Below, in pieces: positions 12,978-26,804 of a stretch of 64,000 nucleotides of DNA. The notes under the pieces are model-generated. The model did not search any database. It saw only the letters and a program-made list of their open reading frames with translations, and was not told the DNA's origin. The stretch covers positions 83,950,001 through 84,014,000 of the forward strand of contig NC_087437.1 of the NCBI RefSeq assembly GCF_036321535.1, in the 5' to 3' direction. Position numbers and translations under genes: made by a program. Source of the stretch: Camelus dromedarius. Its lineage: Eukaryota. The stretch's first letter is position 1. Each line of letters starts with the position of its first letter.

Positions 12978-13778
12978 TGGAACCACCATTTACCCAGTTG
13001 CTAAAGACAGAACTTGAAAGTCAACCATGACTCCACTTTTCCCCTTGATCCTTTGTATCCACCAAACAATTGTCAGCAAGTCCTGCCAGCTCTACTTTCA
13101 AATACATCTTGACTTTATTCACTTCTTTCCATCTCTACTGGCATCACACAAGTCCACACCATCTTTATTTCTTGACTGAACTAATGAAAATCTTTTGATT
13201 TATTTCCTTTCACACTTGATCTTTTCCAAACCCTTCCCCACGCTGCAGCCTGACACATCTTTTAAAGAGGTGATTCAGGTAATGTCTTCAATGTCTTCCA
13301 AAAATAACTTAAAAATAATACAAACTTCTCACCTGCGTGCTCAGGATCCTAGGAACCCAAAATTCCATCACTCTATCATGGAACTTTCCTCCCTCATTCA
13401 CTATAGCTCAGCTACAAACATCCTCTGTCAAGACATGGAAAACTCTTCTTTCAGCTCAGAGCTGTAGACTTTTTCTTGTTTCTGGAATACTGTTAACAAG
13501 CTGGCTTACTCTCATCCTTCAGATATCAGTTTAAGCATCAGTTTTTTAAAGAGACTTTTTTTGACTTCTGTATCCAAAATAGGTCAACCTATCTTTCACA
13601 GCAAGGAGGTTATTTCCTTTACAGTACTAATCACAAAGAGTAAATATGTATTCACTTACTTACTTGTTTATTATATGTTTCCCCCACCTGCATACAGTGA
13701 TTATTATCCCTAGCACTTGGGTTGTGCCTGGCATATAATAAGTACCTAATACATGGATGTTCAAAGAATGAGTGAATG
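12978..13778 (+). mobile_element. L2 3' portion
   Basis: 'accaccatttacccagttgct...cagcaagtcctgccagctctactttcaaatacatct' through to the tail 'gtgcctggcatataataagtacctaata...gaatgagtgaatg'. Confidence 0.85.
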
Positions 13779-14748
13779 CATTCTTACTTGTATGCCTCTC
13801 TAGAGATATTTAAAGAGGTTAACAGACAAATGAAGTTGGGATTTGGAAAAAAAAATTTTTTTAAATTTCTTTTATATTTCATTTCATTAATTCATTTATT
13901 CTGAAAACATACCACCACTGGAACAGACTGAATTCTTCAAATAAAGGTGTAGCAAATATTAGTTTGACTAGAATATATATTTTATAAGGTAAAAAAGAAA
14001 ATCCATTAGCTATGCAATATTGTTCATGAAAATAAAAATGCTACTTATCTTTGCATAGGCATTTATATTTTCAAATTCAGTATATTTATACATGTTGAAG
14101 TATTTTTATTTAAACGCTTCAAAACTATCCACATACTATATTTTAGTAGAAGCAGATATGATGGTCTCTCATTTTAATCTGTCAACGTATACTAGTATGT
14201 TTTCCTTTTGCAAAGGATAAAATATATAAAGACAATAGACAGAAATTAAAATGTGTCTTCAGGTTGTGATTAACTGACATTTATCCCAGAAAAATACGTA
14301 GCTTCTGGCATTTGACTTTTTCCAATATTATTAGGAGAAGGCTTAAAATATTCCAGATGAGTTCAGTGTTTACCAACATATGGTAATGTCAAACAAAGAA
14401 CATGTAAATGTTGAGCTTTGAAGTCTGCACATTGAACTTGCAAGAGAATATATGAATTATTTAAGAAGTGTGAAAGTAATGCTATGTTATATAAGAAAGT
14501 AAGCTGGAAAATAATCACAGTCAGACTCTGGTTATGGGGCATGCTACATTGCTTTTTGTTTTTGGTCTTGCATATTTTAAATGCATACACATTTTATTTT
14601 AAGAGATTATATCTAAAGTGGAGACAGACTCTTCACTGGAATATTTTTATTGTTCTTCTTTTTTAATACAGATGTTTTAGTTAGTAGTTGTATTAGCTTG
14701 CCAGTGTTATCTGAACCCCCCTAAAATGCCTCCTAATAGCAAGAATAC

Positions 14749-15095
14749 TGTACCAGTCAGGTTACCAACAGGAACTGGATGGTATACTCAAATTGGGATA
14801 ATTTTGGAAGAGTTTATAAAAGGGACTTCTTACAAAGGTGTAAGCAGGATGTAGGAGAACTAAGGGGATAAAGCAGAGCTAGAAACAAACAAACAAAAGC
14901 ACAATTGTTACTGTCTTTGGGTCTAATGGAATGGATTCAGCAGTTAACCAGAAAACCAAAGGAAAGTCCAAAAGAGAAGCTGCCTGGAAAGGAGTAGTGA
15001 TCAGCTATCCAGGGACACAACCAGCCAGAAATAACCTTGCAGGAAGGGAGCCAGGAAAATAAATGCTGGGACCTCACTATCCTCACTGCTGTCCC
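14749..15095. mobile_element. ERVL/MaLR-type solo LTR fragment
   Basis: Starts 'tgtaccagtcagg...ctcaaattgggataattttggaagagtttataaaagggacttcttacaaaggtgt', resembling old MLT1-class LTR ends; subfamily uncertain. Confidence 0.6.
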
Positions 15096-15321
15096 ATGTA
15101 GTGTCTTAGTAGGTCAAGGCTGAGCACGTGACCTGGTTTTAGCTGATTTGGGAGGTTAACTTACTCTCTATTTAAAGATGAATTCACAAAATAAACAGAA
15201 AATGTGTTAATCAATCACACTTTAATAATAATATTACTATAGGTTTCATTGTTTGTAACACAATAGATAACAAAGCTCTTTTCATTTTTTGTTATTTCAT
15301 GTGTGGCCTTGTAAAAGCACT

Positions 15322-15545
15322 CACAGGTTAAGAGCCATGGGTTTTGAAGTAAGACATCCTGGGTTCAAATCTCAGTCCCCACTCATGAACTGCATAACTT
15401 TGATGACATTTCTAATTTATGTACCATCATTCTTCATCAAAGGGAATAGTAATACTATTTCCTCCTGGGATGTTATGAGGACTCAACGAATCAGCACCTT
15501 TAAAACTCTAAGAATAGTTCCTAGCATGTGGTTAAGTCCAGAGTG
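15322..15545 (+). mobile_element. MIR SINE
   Basis: 'ggttaagagccatgggttttgaagtaagacatcctgggttcaaatctcag...gggatgttatgaggact...agaatagttcctagcatgtgg'. Confidence 0.8.
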
Positions 15546-16044
15546 ATGGCCAGCACTTATTATACTCATTTCACAGAAACAGAAGTGAAGTTCAACAAAC
15601 TCATGGGATTCAAGGCCACAGTTTCCAAACAATGGCGAGGGGTAGCACACGGTCCAAGTTTTCTGAATTACAATAAAATATTTTTTTCATTCTACATAAT
15701 TACATAATCACAGTCTATTATTTAGTTTAGTTTCTCTAAATATACACTTCTTGTTGGTTTTGCTCATTTATCATGTCTGGTTATTGCTTATCCCCACTCT
15801 TTGTTTTCATAGGATAGTGAAAAACACACAGTGCTGGTGTGCTATCAGTTCCAGTCTAAGATTACTCTATTAATAATAAACTTATTCACAAATAGCATTT
15901 CCACACGTATGAACACAGTGCCTTCTCTATTAGTTATCTAAATGATTCAATCTAATGCTTAATTTTAGAAGAGGGATCTACCACTTTAAATCACTGGAAA
16001 ACTGTTGACAACTGGATTTACTGAGTGCACTGATGACAGCATCA

Positions 16045-16098
16045 TGAGTGCTGCCTGGTACACAGTAGGTGCTGAATAAATATTTGTTGAATTAATTA
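16045..16098 (+). mobile_element. L2 3' terminus
   Basis: 'tgcctggtacacagtaggtgctgaataaatatttgttgaattaat'. Confidence 0.75.
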
Positions 16099-18029
16099 AT
16101 TAATAAAAGTGCTATAACTAATATATTGCCTTCATTAATATTCAAGAGAGTAAATTGCCTAGAATACTAAAAAACCAAGAAAAACGGAAATATCTGGGTT
16201 TAGATGGAAATGCAGAGGATCAATAAATCACAATGTGGAGTTTTTCTATAGTTAGAAAGGCTTTAAATCAACGTGGTCTTTCAATACAAGCCAATACAAC
16301 AATCCCATACTGAATTTTCTCAGACTGTTACAGAGTGAGCCTGCTGAAATTTCAGTATCTTACTACAATCATTGTGAGAGAGAAATGTTGATGGTACAAC
16401 AGTTAAGTGTTGAATCCATACTGTAGCAACTGAGAGTTTTATGCCACTGAGTGCATGAGTCTTACTCCCCACAGGAGAATAAAAAAATTCTTTTTTATTT
16501 TACAAAATGTTGTAGAAAATCAAAACAAAATAAAATTCCTCACCTAAGGATGATTAAAACAGAACACATCAACTCCCCCCTCCCCCAATCACAACCACAA
16601 CCAAAACCAAACAACTCCCAAACAACCTTTTATTTAAATGCAGCCATGGATTCTTTACAGGAAAACCATAGGAATAATGTACGGAGCTAGTGTCCACTAC
16701 TAGAAATGGAGGTGTGAAAAATACGACCTATTAAAATGTCTCCATAATTCTTTCTATCGTAATGTTTAAAATAATGACTGCTAGGCAGTGTTTCGAAGAA
16801 GTGAAATAGAACACTATTGAGCCCGAGGCCCACCTATTGCTTTGGCATGTCTTTATTCCAAATAAAGAAATACCTTGAAAACTCTTTAAAATGCCTCTAA
16901 ATAAACTCAGTATCATATTGTAGCAGTTCTAAATAAATACTAAACAAGTTTTGGTTATATATATACAACTTAGATGATTATTTTAGTCTTTGCAGCACCT
17001 GTGACTTTTCTAATATATATTTCAGGGGCAATATGGGGTGTTTATGGCTTTTGATATCTCCTACTGAAGTACCTGCCGCCAGTTTAAGACCTGCTATTGC
17101 GTACAGGGAATTTTTAACCTTAGGATCAACATCTCCAAATTACTTCCTATACTAAATAAACTACACTCACACACATGAAAAAAATCTACAAAGTATAACC
17201 ACAGTGAATTCTCATTGAATTCTATAAATAAGTAATTAAATTACTTCCATTTCAAACATAGGTTTTGCTCCTTTTTCAGAGGCATTACAGCCATCTTAAT
17301 GAACTTCCACATATCCTACTTTACTAAGTAGGACCATAAGTACCTTCATAGATTGGATGATCTGATTAAAATAAAAATGAAATTGAAACCTTGACTCAGT
17401 GGTTTGCAAACTTCAATAGATTTTCTTTCAAGTTAATTAACGTGTGAATGCTTGACTGTGGATTCAATTAACCCATAGGGTTCTTTTTGCTATATTTTTC
17501 ATAAAATAGCATGAAACAAGGTACATTCATATTTTTAAAATGCCCAGCTACAACTCCTTTAAATAAAATTAACACAACATAATAAGATTACAAAATTAAA
17601 GAAACAATCAGAAATGGTAGAAATAACATCTTCTTTAATTAGCCATAAATGTAAGATACAAATCGTGTTTTTAAATTACTATTTGGCCTAAAAATGTATA
17701 AATAAATAATACATGTGAAATGATAATTAAGTGTCATAAAACCTTTAGCTTTCTCATCTTCTGAGTTTTAATTATAAATGTTAAATGCGAAGGGCTTTTC
17801 TATAACAAAAACTTTTGAGCTATAATGTATTGTCATTTCTTCCATAGATATGTGGTTTAAATGAATTCTTTTAAAAACACACATGGACATGCTCAAAAAT
17901 AAATATGTTGATTGACAGTATTGAATAACAAAATTATATACATCAATATTTATCAAACCCAACTGGGAGTTATTTAGGACCGTTAATTTCTGTGAAAATG
18001 AGACACATCTAAATCTTCAACTTATTTGC

Positions 18030-18240
18030 TCTCGCTGTACATTGAAATACTCTATTTTATCACAGTTCCTATCAAATTGTACTTAAATGATGATTTTTGT
18101 GTGTATTTAACTCTCTCCTTTCCCAAATGTACTTTCAATCCAAGTAATGACCATGTCAACCTTGTTTCTTGCTTTATATTCAGTGCCTAGCACAACTTGT
18201 CAGATCTTAGATGTTTAACAAATATTTTCTGAATGAATAA
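18030..18240 (+). mobile_element. L2 3' end
   Basis: 'gaccatgtcaaccttgtttcttgctttatattcagtgcctagcaca...aaatattttctgaatgaataa'. Confidence 0.7.
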
Positions 18241-19675
18241 AAACATTTTTAGATTAATTGCCTGATTTCCTTTAGACTCACTGCCTCATTTCTTTCAGAT
18301 ATGGTGTCATGAGTTAAAAAAAAATCTGTTAGTAGGTACCCATGTTAAATTGCATGACTCATATTAAATTTCTGCTGCTATTCACGACAACTGCTCCTGC
18401 ACCTGGCATTCTGCACAACGCTGAAGCTTACCCCTTAGTGTTAAAAAGAATTGATCACTTGATCGCTTTTGCAAAAGACTCAAGCTGTTAGACCGAGATT
18501 ATTTTGGGGATGCTATTAGAGCCCAGCAGGTGAAAAAACAAAGCCATTTATTTAACACAGTTTCTTACTGATAGTTACAAAAACTCTAGGTGTGCACATT
18601 AAGGAGGCAGGCTGCTTAGTTTGTGCCAAAAATGATGCATACCTATAAAATTTCTGTGCTGTTCGCAGAAAAACAATGAGGTTCCCAATAGATGTATTAA
18701 CAACAAAGCAATCCCCCATTGGATGAAAGACTCAGCACGGCACATCACAATTATATCTTTGGGAAAACAATTCAAAAGGGTACATCTTATTGACGGAAGG
18801 GAGCTGAGTAATGTCTCCTACAGAGACACCTTCCTTAGTGAGCTTTGCTGAGCTAATAGGGCCAACATAAGCATACACAGAAGCATTTCAGTAGGGCTAC
18901 TAGCTAAGCAGTCTGAGCATGCATAAGGTGAGATGGCAGAGGTTGACAAGTAAATTAAATGGTACTGTTTGCTTACTTAATTACTTTTTTCCTTACACTA
19001 TAAATTATACTATCTGAGATAATGCCCTATGTAGCTGATTCCTCTGATCTCATTTAGAGTTACATATATTATCTTTTAGATAAATTTTATTTTCTCAAGT
19101 TACACTAACCAAATGCGGTTTGAGTTAAATAATGCAGCACGAAATTCATTATGCCATAATCTTAGATTCATACTGTGAAACAGACATATGACCTCATCCC
19201 TTCGTCTAACCACATATACTTACACAGACATACAAGAAAATGATTTCTAAATGTTGCAAAATGCCTCATCAACTTCATTGACCATATTTGAAAAAAATTA
19301 AAAATTAATGTTCAAAAATCAGTCTTCCCCAAATCTATAAAAAGACATTAAAAATTACTAATATTTTATAGTGGTATGTGTATAGATAAAGTTGATTAAA
19401 GATTTCATATAAATTTGTAAAGCTCCTATATTTTAGAAAATCTTTTTCTATTCAAAAAATTTTCCCACTTACCTATAAAATTCAAAGGTGAGTCTAATAT
19501 AAGACAACAATTCAATAAAGGAAATTTTACACAACTAGCTTTAGTACTTTGAACATGGACTATTGAGGTCTAGAAAATCATCTAAAATCATCTCAGACAA
19601 ATATAACTGTATATTTCACTCTTAAAAGTGAACAGAAAGCTTTACTATTCAAATATTATGATAACATTTTTGAGA

Positions 19676-20207
19676 ACTGGTAGGCTGAATTCTACAATGG
19701 CCCCAGTGATTCACAGCCTTCTATAATCCCCCTTCCCTCAACTGTGCGCAGAACCTGTGACTCGCCTCTAGTCAACAGAGTATGGGAAATGTGATGGGAT
19801 GTCACTCTTGTGATCACACTGGGTTATTAAGACTCCTTCTTGGTTGAGTGGAGCAGGAAAGCCTTCTGCTAATCTTGAAGAAGTGAGTTGCCATGATGTG
19901 AGAGAGCCTATGGGAGGAATTTCAGGGCCTCTAGGAAAGGAAACCAGCCCTCACAGAAGTTAGCGTCTTAGTCCTACAACCACACAGAACTGAACTCTGC
20001 CAACTATGTGAGTTTGGGAGAAATCTGTGAGCTCTGAAAAGGAACTCAGCCCAGCCAACACCTTGACTTCAATCTTGTGAGACACTAAGCAGAGGATCCA
20101 ACTAAGCTGTACCTGGACTCCTGATGCACAGAAATGCTGAGAAAATAAGCAGATATTATTTTAAGCTAAGTTTGTGTTAATTTGTTACACAGCCTAGAAA
20201 ACTAACA
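19676..20207 (+). mobile_element. MaLR solo LTR (MLT1F/G/H-like)
   Basis: Start 'tggtaggctgaattctacaatggcccc', internal 'aatgtgatgggatgtcact' and 'aactgaactctgccaac', end 'tttgttacacagcctagaaaactaaca'. Confidence 0.85.
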
Positions 20208-20744
20208 AAAAATTATGGAAAGTAATAGATCATACATACAAAAATAAATGCAGAAATTTGTAGAACTGGTCATTATAAGTAGTGAAGTACTATTTGCATA
20301 GCTCCTTGGTAGTAAAAATATACACATATTTTCTGGCTTTTATTTGAGAAAGCTTTATTTCTGATAGTTTTTCATCTTTAAGTCAATGGCGTTTCAGTGA
20401 AATCAGATCTGAGTCACATAATCAAAATTCCTATTTCACTAAAGGACAGTCACACTCTTGGGCATGAAAGGGACCCTCTACTTTCTAAGAGAGTTTTCCT
20501 CAAGGCAACTTTCTCTTTTCTGTTTATACCTGTAGATTCCATCAGCAAGAATTAAAAATTAATTCTCCCTTAATACAGAAAACAGCTAATAATACTTTAG
20601 TTTTTTCTCATGTTCTCACTTTGGCTGGTGAGATTTTTTTTTTTCTCTTTTCTGTGTTTCCTGTACCTCGTCATTTGCTCACCTATTTTGTCCTCATTCT
20701 TTGATATTTGCATCTCCAGTCCCCTGTTAACTGGCTAATTTTTC

Positions 20745-21198
20745 ATATATTGCTCCATTTCAGCTAAGCTGTTGAATGTACTTGGCATAAAGTTGATCAT
20801 AATATTCCCTTGTTATCTTTTAATGCTTATGTAGTCAGTAGTGATGATAGCTCTTTCGTTCATGATATTGGTAATCTGTGTTCCCTTTCGTTTTGCTCTC
20901 TTACTGTCTTGTGAGTTGTGTATCAACTTTGTTGACATTTTCAAAGAACCGTTTTGGTTTTGTGACTATTCTGTACTGCTTGTCTATTTTCTATTTCATT
21001 GATTTCTGCTCTTATCTTTATTGTTCCTCCTTTGTACTTGTATTGGTTTTATTTTGATCATCTTTTTTCTAGCTTTTTAACTTGAAGTTATTGATTTAGA
21101 CATTTCTTCTTTTATACTATAACCAATTAAAAACTCCACATTTCCCTCTAAGCCATTTAGTTGTATCTCACAAATTTTGGTTTGATGCGTTCTAATCA
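20745..21198 (-). mobile_element. Old L1 ORF2 fragment (left part, interrupted by Tigger1)
   Basis: 'ttggcataaagttgatcataatattccctt...ttttctatttcattgatttctgctcttatcttta...tttccctctaag...tctcacaaatttt'. Confidence 0.8.
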
Positions 21199-23514
21199 CA
21201 AGAATATCTCATCTTATTACATTTCACTTTGTTGTGCTTTTCAGATATTGAATTTTTTTTCAAATTGAAGGTTTGTGTTCACTTTGTTTTGAGCAAGTCT
21301 AGTGGTGCCAATTTTCCAATATCATTCACCCACTTTGTGTCTCTGAATCACATTTTGGTAATTCCCCCAATGTTTTGAACTTTTTCATTATTACTGTATT
21401 AATTATGGTGATCTGTAATCAGTGATCTTCAATGTTGCCACAGTAATTGTTTTGAGGTGTCACAAACTGTGCCCATGTAATACAGCAAACTTAATAAATG
21501 TTGTGTGTGTTCTGACTGCTCCACTGACTGGCTGCTTCCCCAACTCTATCCCTCTCACTGGGATGCCTTATTTCCAGAGACACAACAATATTGAAACTAG
21601 GACAGTTTAACACCTCTACAATGTTCAAAGTGTTCAAATGAAAGGAAGGGCCACATGTCTCTCACTTCAAATCAAAAGCTAGAAATGACTAACCTTAATA
21701 AGCAAGCCATGTCAAAATCTGAGATAAGCTGAAAGCTAGGCTTCTTGCCTGAAGCAGTTAGCCAAGTTGTGAATGGAATGAAAAGTTCTTGAAGGAAATT
21801 AAAAGTGCTACTCCAATGAACATATGAATGGTAAGAAAGCAAAACAGACTTATTGCTGATATGGAGAAAGTTTTAGTGGTCTGGATAGAAGATCAAACCA
21901 GCCACAACATTTCCTTAAGCCAAAGTAAGGCCCTAACTCTCTTCAATTCTATTAAGGCTGAGAGAGGTAAGGAGGCTGCAGAAGAAAAGTCAGAAGCCAG
22001 CAGGGCTGTCTCTATAAAATCAAAGTGTAAGGTGGAGGAGCAAGTGCTGTTGTAGAAGTTGCAGAAAGTTATCCAGAATATTGAGCTAAGATAATTAATG
22101 AAAGTGGTTGCACCAAACAACAGATTTTCATTGTAGACAAGACAGCCTTATATTGGAAGAAGATGCCATCTAAGACTTTCATAGCTAGAAAAGAGAAGTC
22201 AATGGCTGGCTTCAAAGGACAGGTTGACTGTCTTGCTAGGAGCTAATCCAGCTAGTGGCTTCTGAAAATCCTGGGGCCCTTAAGCATTATGCTAAACCTG
22301 ATCTACCTGTGATCTATAAATGGAACAACAAAGCCTGGATGACAGCACATCTGTTAATAACATGGCTTAATGAATATTTTACACCCACTGTTGAGACCTA
22401 CTACTCAGAAAAAAAAAAAAAAAGATTCCTTTCAAAATATTACTGCTCACTGGCAATGCACATGGTCACCTAAGAGCTCTGATGGAGATGTGCAAGATTA
22501 ATGTGTTTTCATGCCTTCTAACACAACATCCATTCTGCAGCCCACGGATCAAGGAGTAATTTCAACTTTCAAGCTTTATTATTTAAGAAATACATTTCGT
22601 AAGGCTGTAGCTGCCACAGATGGTGATTCCTCTAATAGATATGGACAAAGTCAATTGAACACCTTCTTAACAGGACTCACCATCTAGATGGCATTACTGA
22701 TCATGGGAAGAAGTAAAAATATCATTAGTATGAGTTTGGAAGAAGTTGATTCCAACTCTCATGGATGACATTGAGGTGTGCAAGACTTCAGTGGAAGAAG
22801 TAGCTGCAGATGTGGTGGAAACAGCAGAACAGAATTAGACATGGAGCCTGAAGATGTGAACAAATTGCTGTTATCTCATGATAAAACTTTAATGAATGAG
22901 GAGTTCCTTCTTTCCGATAAGCACAGAAAGTGGTTTCTTGAGATGGAACCCACTCATCATGATGTTGTGAAGACTGCTGAATGACAACAAAGGATTTAGA
23001 ATATTACATAAACTTACTTGATAAAGTAGTGGCAGGGTTTAAGAGGATTGACTCCACTTCTGAAAGAAGTTCTACTGTGGGTAAAATGCAATCCAATAGC
23101 ATTGCATATTCTAGAGAAATTGCTCATGCAAAGAAGTCAATTGATGCAGTAAACTTAACTTTTTCTCTGATTTTAAGAAATTACCACAGCCACCTCAACC
23201 TTCAGCAGACATCACCCTGATGAGTTAGCAGCCATCAATGTAGAGACAAGACCCTCCACCAGCAAAAAGATTATGACTTGCTAAAGGGTCACATGATGGT
23301 TAACATTTTTTAGCGATAGAGCATTTTTTACTTAAGGTATGTACATTTTAAAAGACATAATGCTATTGCACACTTAACAGATTATACTATAGTGTAAATG
23401 TAACTTTTACATGTACTGAGAAGTAAAAAAAATTCACATGATTTGCTTTATTGCAGTATTCACTTTATTGTGGTGGTCTGAAACCAAACCTGCAATATGT
23501 CCAAGGTATATCTG
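21199..23514 (+). mobile_element. Near full-length Tigger1 DNA transposon (TcMar/pogo) with decayed transposase
   Basis: Degenerate terminal inverted repeats caagaatatctc... / ...caaggtatatctg followed by TA. ORF fragments '[26 protein letters not shown]' (CENP-B-type HTH), 'LPVIYKWNNKAWMT' (DDE region) and 'MTTKDLEYYINLLDK' match Tigger1/TIGD1-type protein; multiple stops and frameshifts. Confidence 0.95.
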
Positions 23515-23516
23515 TA

Positions 23517-24925
23517 TTCATTTCCAAATATTTTGCAATCCTCTTAACATTCCTTCTTTAGATTATTTAAAGTGTGTTGTATAATTTCCATATAATTATT
23601 TTATCTTAGTATTTTATTGCTATTGATGTCTAATTTTATCCCACTTTAGTCAGAGTATATCTGCTATGTTATTTTAATCCACTTAAATGTCTTGACACTT
23701 GTTTTACAGCCCAGCATATTTTCTGTTGTGGTTCTAAGATTTTTGATTTTTTTTTAACATAGTTTGATTATAATGTGCCAAGGATTGGCTTTCTTTGTAT
23801 TTATTCTGCTTTGTAGATCATCTTATATTTGTAAATGTATGGTTTTTGCCTAACTTGGGGGATTTTTTGCCTTTATTTTTTTCACTTATTTTCTGTCTCA
23901 TTTTCTTTCTTCTTTCCTCCTAAGATTTATATATAGTTTTGATCTTGTCCCATGGGTCCTAGGGCACTTGTCTTTTTAAAAATTTATCTTTCTTTTCCTG
24001 TTCTTCAGATTGGAATAACATCTATTGATCTATTTTCAAGTTCACTGACTCCTCTGTCATTTCCAACCTACTGTTAAGCCCATGCAGTGAATTTTAAAAT
24101 TCATGTATTTTATTTTCACCCTATACTTTCTATTGGGCTCTTTTTACTTTTTTGAACACGGTTGTAATAACAGCTTTAAAATGCTTCTCTGTTAATTTCA
24201 AAATTTGGGTCATTTTAGGATGTCTCCATTGATTGTAAATTTTTTGAGTTTGAGTTATATTTTCCTATTGCTTTGTATGTCAAATAATTCTGGATTGCAC
24301 CTCGGGCATTGTGAATGATACACTGTAAGGCTCCATGTTCTGTTTTGTTCCTTTGAATATACTGATTATTATTATTATTTGAAGTAGAAAACCTGGCTGA
24401 ATTCAAACTATAAACTCTCTTTTTTTGTGTGCATCATTTGAAATCTCAAAACAGTTCTTTTTGCCTTAGCATGGCTGTAAGAATCTGCCCCATATCCATT
24501 CAGTTCAAGGATCAGCCAGAAATTAGGGTAGAGTTAATACACATAATTTAGGCCTTCCCTTCTGTAGCTCTCTCTTTACTGGCATTTCTCACCCCTCACT
24601 TATCGGTTGTTGTGGTTACTCCAAACTCTGTCTTCTAGTTCTGCATGCTAGTAAGACAGGATTTTCTCTGCTAATTTAGATACAAATTAGGGCATACACT
24701 GGGGACTGATCTCTAGCAAAAACTGTACAAATGGCAACTAGTCCAGTGCAATTCTCTTCCTCCAGGTGTCAACATTCCCAAACATCTGTCTCGTTTTAGT
24801 AGATCTCCAGAGCCTTCAGATAGTGTCTGTGTGTGTTTAATATTTTATCCAGGGTTTATAGTTGTTATTTGTAGAAAAACTGGTTAAATAGAAGCTACTC
24901 AGCTATTACACAGAGGCAGAAGTTC
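23517..24925 (-). mobile_element. Old L1 (L1ME-type) continuation: ORF2 start, ORF1 and 5' region
   Basis: Resumes L1 text right after the Tigger1 ('ttcatttccaaatatttt'); ORF1 antisense 'ttcttcagattggaataacatctattgatctattttcaagttcactgact'; 5'-end-like 'ttttatccagggtttatagttgttattt'. Confidence 0.75.
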
Positions 24926-26339
24926 TTATCACTTACTTAAAATCCACATTATTATTGCACATTTTTACTTGTTCATTCATTTCTTCATTCATTCATTTCT
25001 TCATTCAGTAAACCCAGAGTTTTTTTTAGAGGAAATGATGATTCTGGTATATGTGTGAAGTATTGAACAAGACAGACACTATTGTACAAACTTGTAGTGC
25101 ATTAGAAAATTTAGAGCTATTAAACTGACCCACTCTGTATCTGTTCAATGAACTTCTCCTGATCATTTTCTTGATTAAGTCTAGAATAGAATTCTAGATC
25201 TTTGTATTAGGTTATGTGGTTTCCTTTTGTCAATACTGGAGGTCATGTTTATTACTATTTCTTTTGAATGTGATGATCTATTTTTAATTGCAATGATAAA
25301 CCAATATAAGAGATAATAGTTACATTATATTGTAATGGTTAATATTTACTTCCATCTTCCACCCCCTCTTCCCACTCCCCACACCTGAACCTGTAGACAT
25401 TCTGAACAAGAAAGGTTTCCTTCTATTACTTACAGGTTAATATTTTTTTCAGGAAAAACAAAGACAGCTTGTATCATACATAATCATCTTCTAATTATTT
25501 TAAGTTATTTTCTAATCCCAGAATAGCTACTTCAATTACTTCAAGTTAAAGATCTCTATTTTTTAATTTTAAACTCATCAGAGTAAGTTGCCTCTATTTG
25601 TCACTGAAAACAATGAGTCATTTCAGGAATAAAAGAAATTGCTTTAGTAGATCTGTTTTCATTAATAACTTCCCTCAAAATACTTCTTTCCAAAAATTTA
25701 AACATGATAAAACTTAAGACACCAGTTCTTCCCCCACATTAACAAGAGTCATCTCCCTGGGATTGCTGATAATTTTCTACTATTGGAAAGAAAAGAGGGC
25801 ATAACAAAAACCATAGAATCTCTTTTAGTTGAAAATCACATGGATATTGCTCAGGATTAGGATTTGTTTGAGTATAGATTTAGTCACTGTTTCATAAGCA
25901 TTGAATAACCTGATCCAGGTCACCTCTGAGTTCAAAGTTGTCCACAGTCTATTTTTAAAATTTAAATAACTGTATAAGAGCTATTTTGGTATGCCAAATG
26001 AGTTTTTCCAGCCCATTCCCACTGCATCCACTAACATCTTTCCATCGACAAATTGCACTTTGGCATGAACAGAAGGATGGACTTCTGCCACTTCTTTGGT
26101 CCCTAGTAAAATAGTTATGAACATATGCAGTGTGTTGTTCATTTTTAGAGCTTGAGGGTAGCAGGTTTAATGATAATAAAAGGGCAATGTATGGATGGCA
26201 AGTTGAAGACCAAATAAGCTTAGCAGGAGATGTACAAGGCCATTTAGGAAGGCCTATATATGCCAGGTTGGAATTCTCTGACATCTCATATTTTAGCTTC
26301 ATCCCACAGGTCATAATTACCTTCCTATTGTTAACCTTG

Positions 26340-26630
26340 CCTAATTAGAACCTGTTAGCAGGAGAGATTAGAATTTTTTTCAATAGGGTTTTAAGCACAG
26401 AACTAATGTACGGGAAACAACAGGGAGCCATATTTGGAATGGACTGTGGCACATTTGCTAATGATGACAGCTGTCCAAAAATGAAATGGAATGCCTTGGA
26501 GGTTGTTAAGTTCTACATCATGGAAGTGTTCAGGCTGAAGCTGTACCACTTGAACAGGCTGTTACAGTAAAAGATGAAGCACATGATGGGAATTAGACTG
26601 GGTGTGTGCTGAAGTGTCCTCTGTGATGTT
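26340..26630 (+). mobile_element. L3/CR1 3' end
   Basis: 'agctgtccaaaaatgaaatggaatgccttggaggttgttaagttctacatcatggaagtgttcaggctgaagctg' matches the remembered L3 3' consensus. Confidence 0.7.
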
Positions 26631-26804
26631 CTTTAAGGTGTACCCACTGTGTACAAAAATAATATTTTCACAAAACATTAAAAGAAATAGTTTTAATTTA
26701 CTTCCTTTTTATTGCAGACTTTCTACAATACTTTTCTTAGAGTCACTATATTTGTAAAATAATCTAAATATGAATTATATAAGAAAAGATTTAATATAAA
26801 AAAT

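Noticed and set aside
19467..19493. Recursive-splice-like AG|GTAAGT on the minus strand, back to back with a plus-strand AG|GTGAGT
   Set aside because: An 8-mer of this composition is expected a few times by chance in 64 kb on two strands, and no host transcript is established.
21828..23220. Domesticated TIGD1-like gene
   Set aside because: The transposase is broken into several frames with stops and lies within terminal inverted repeats; it is a fossil Tigger1.
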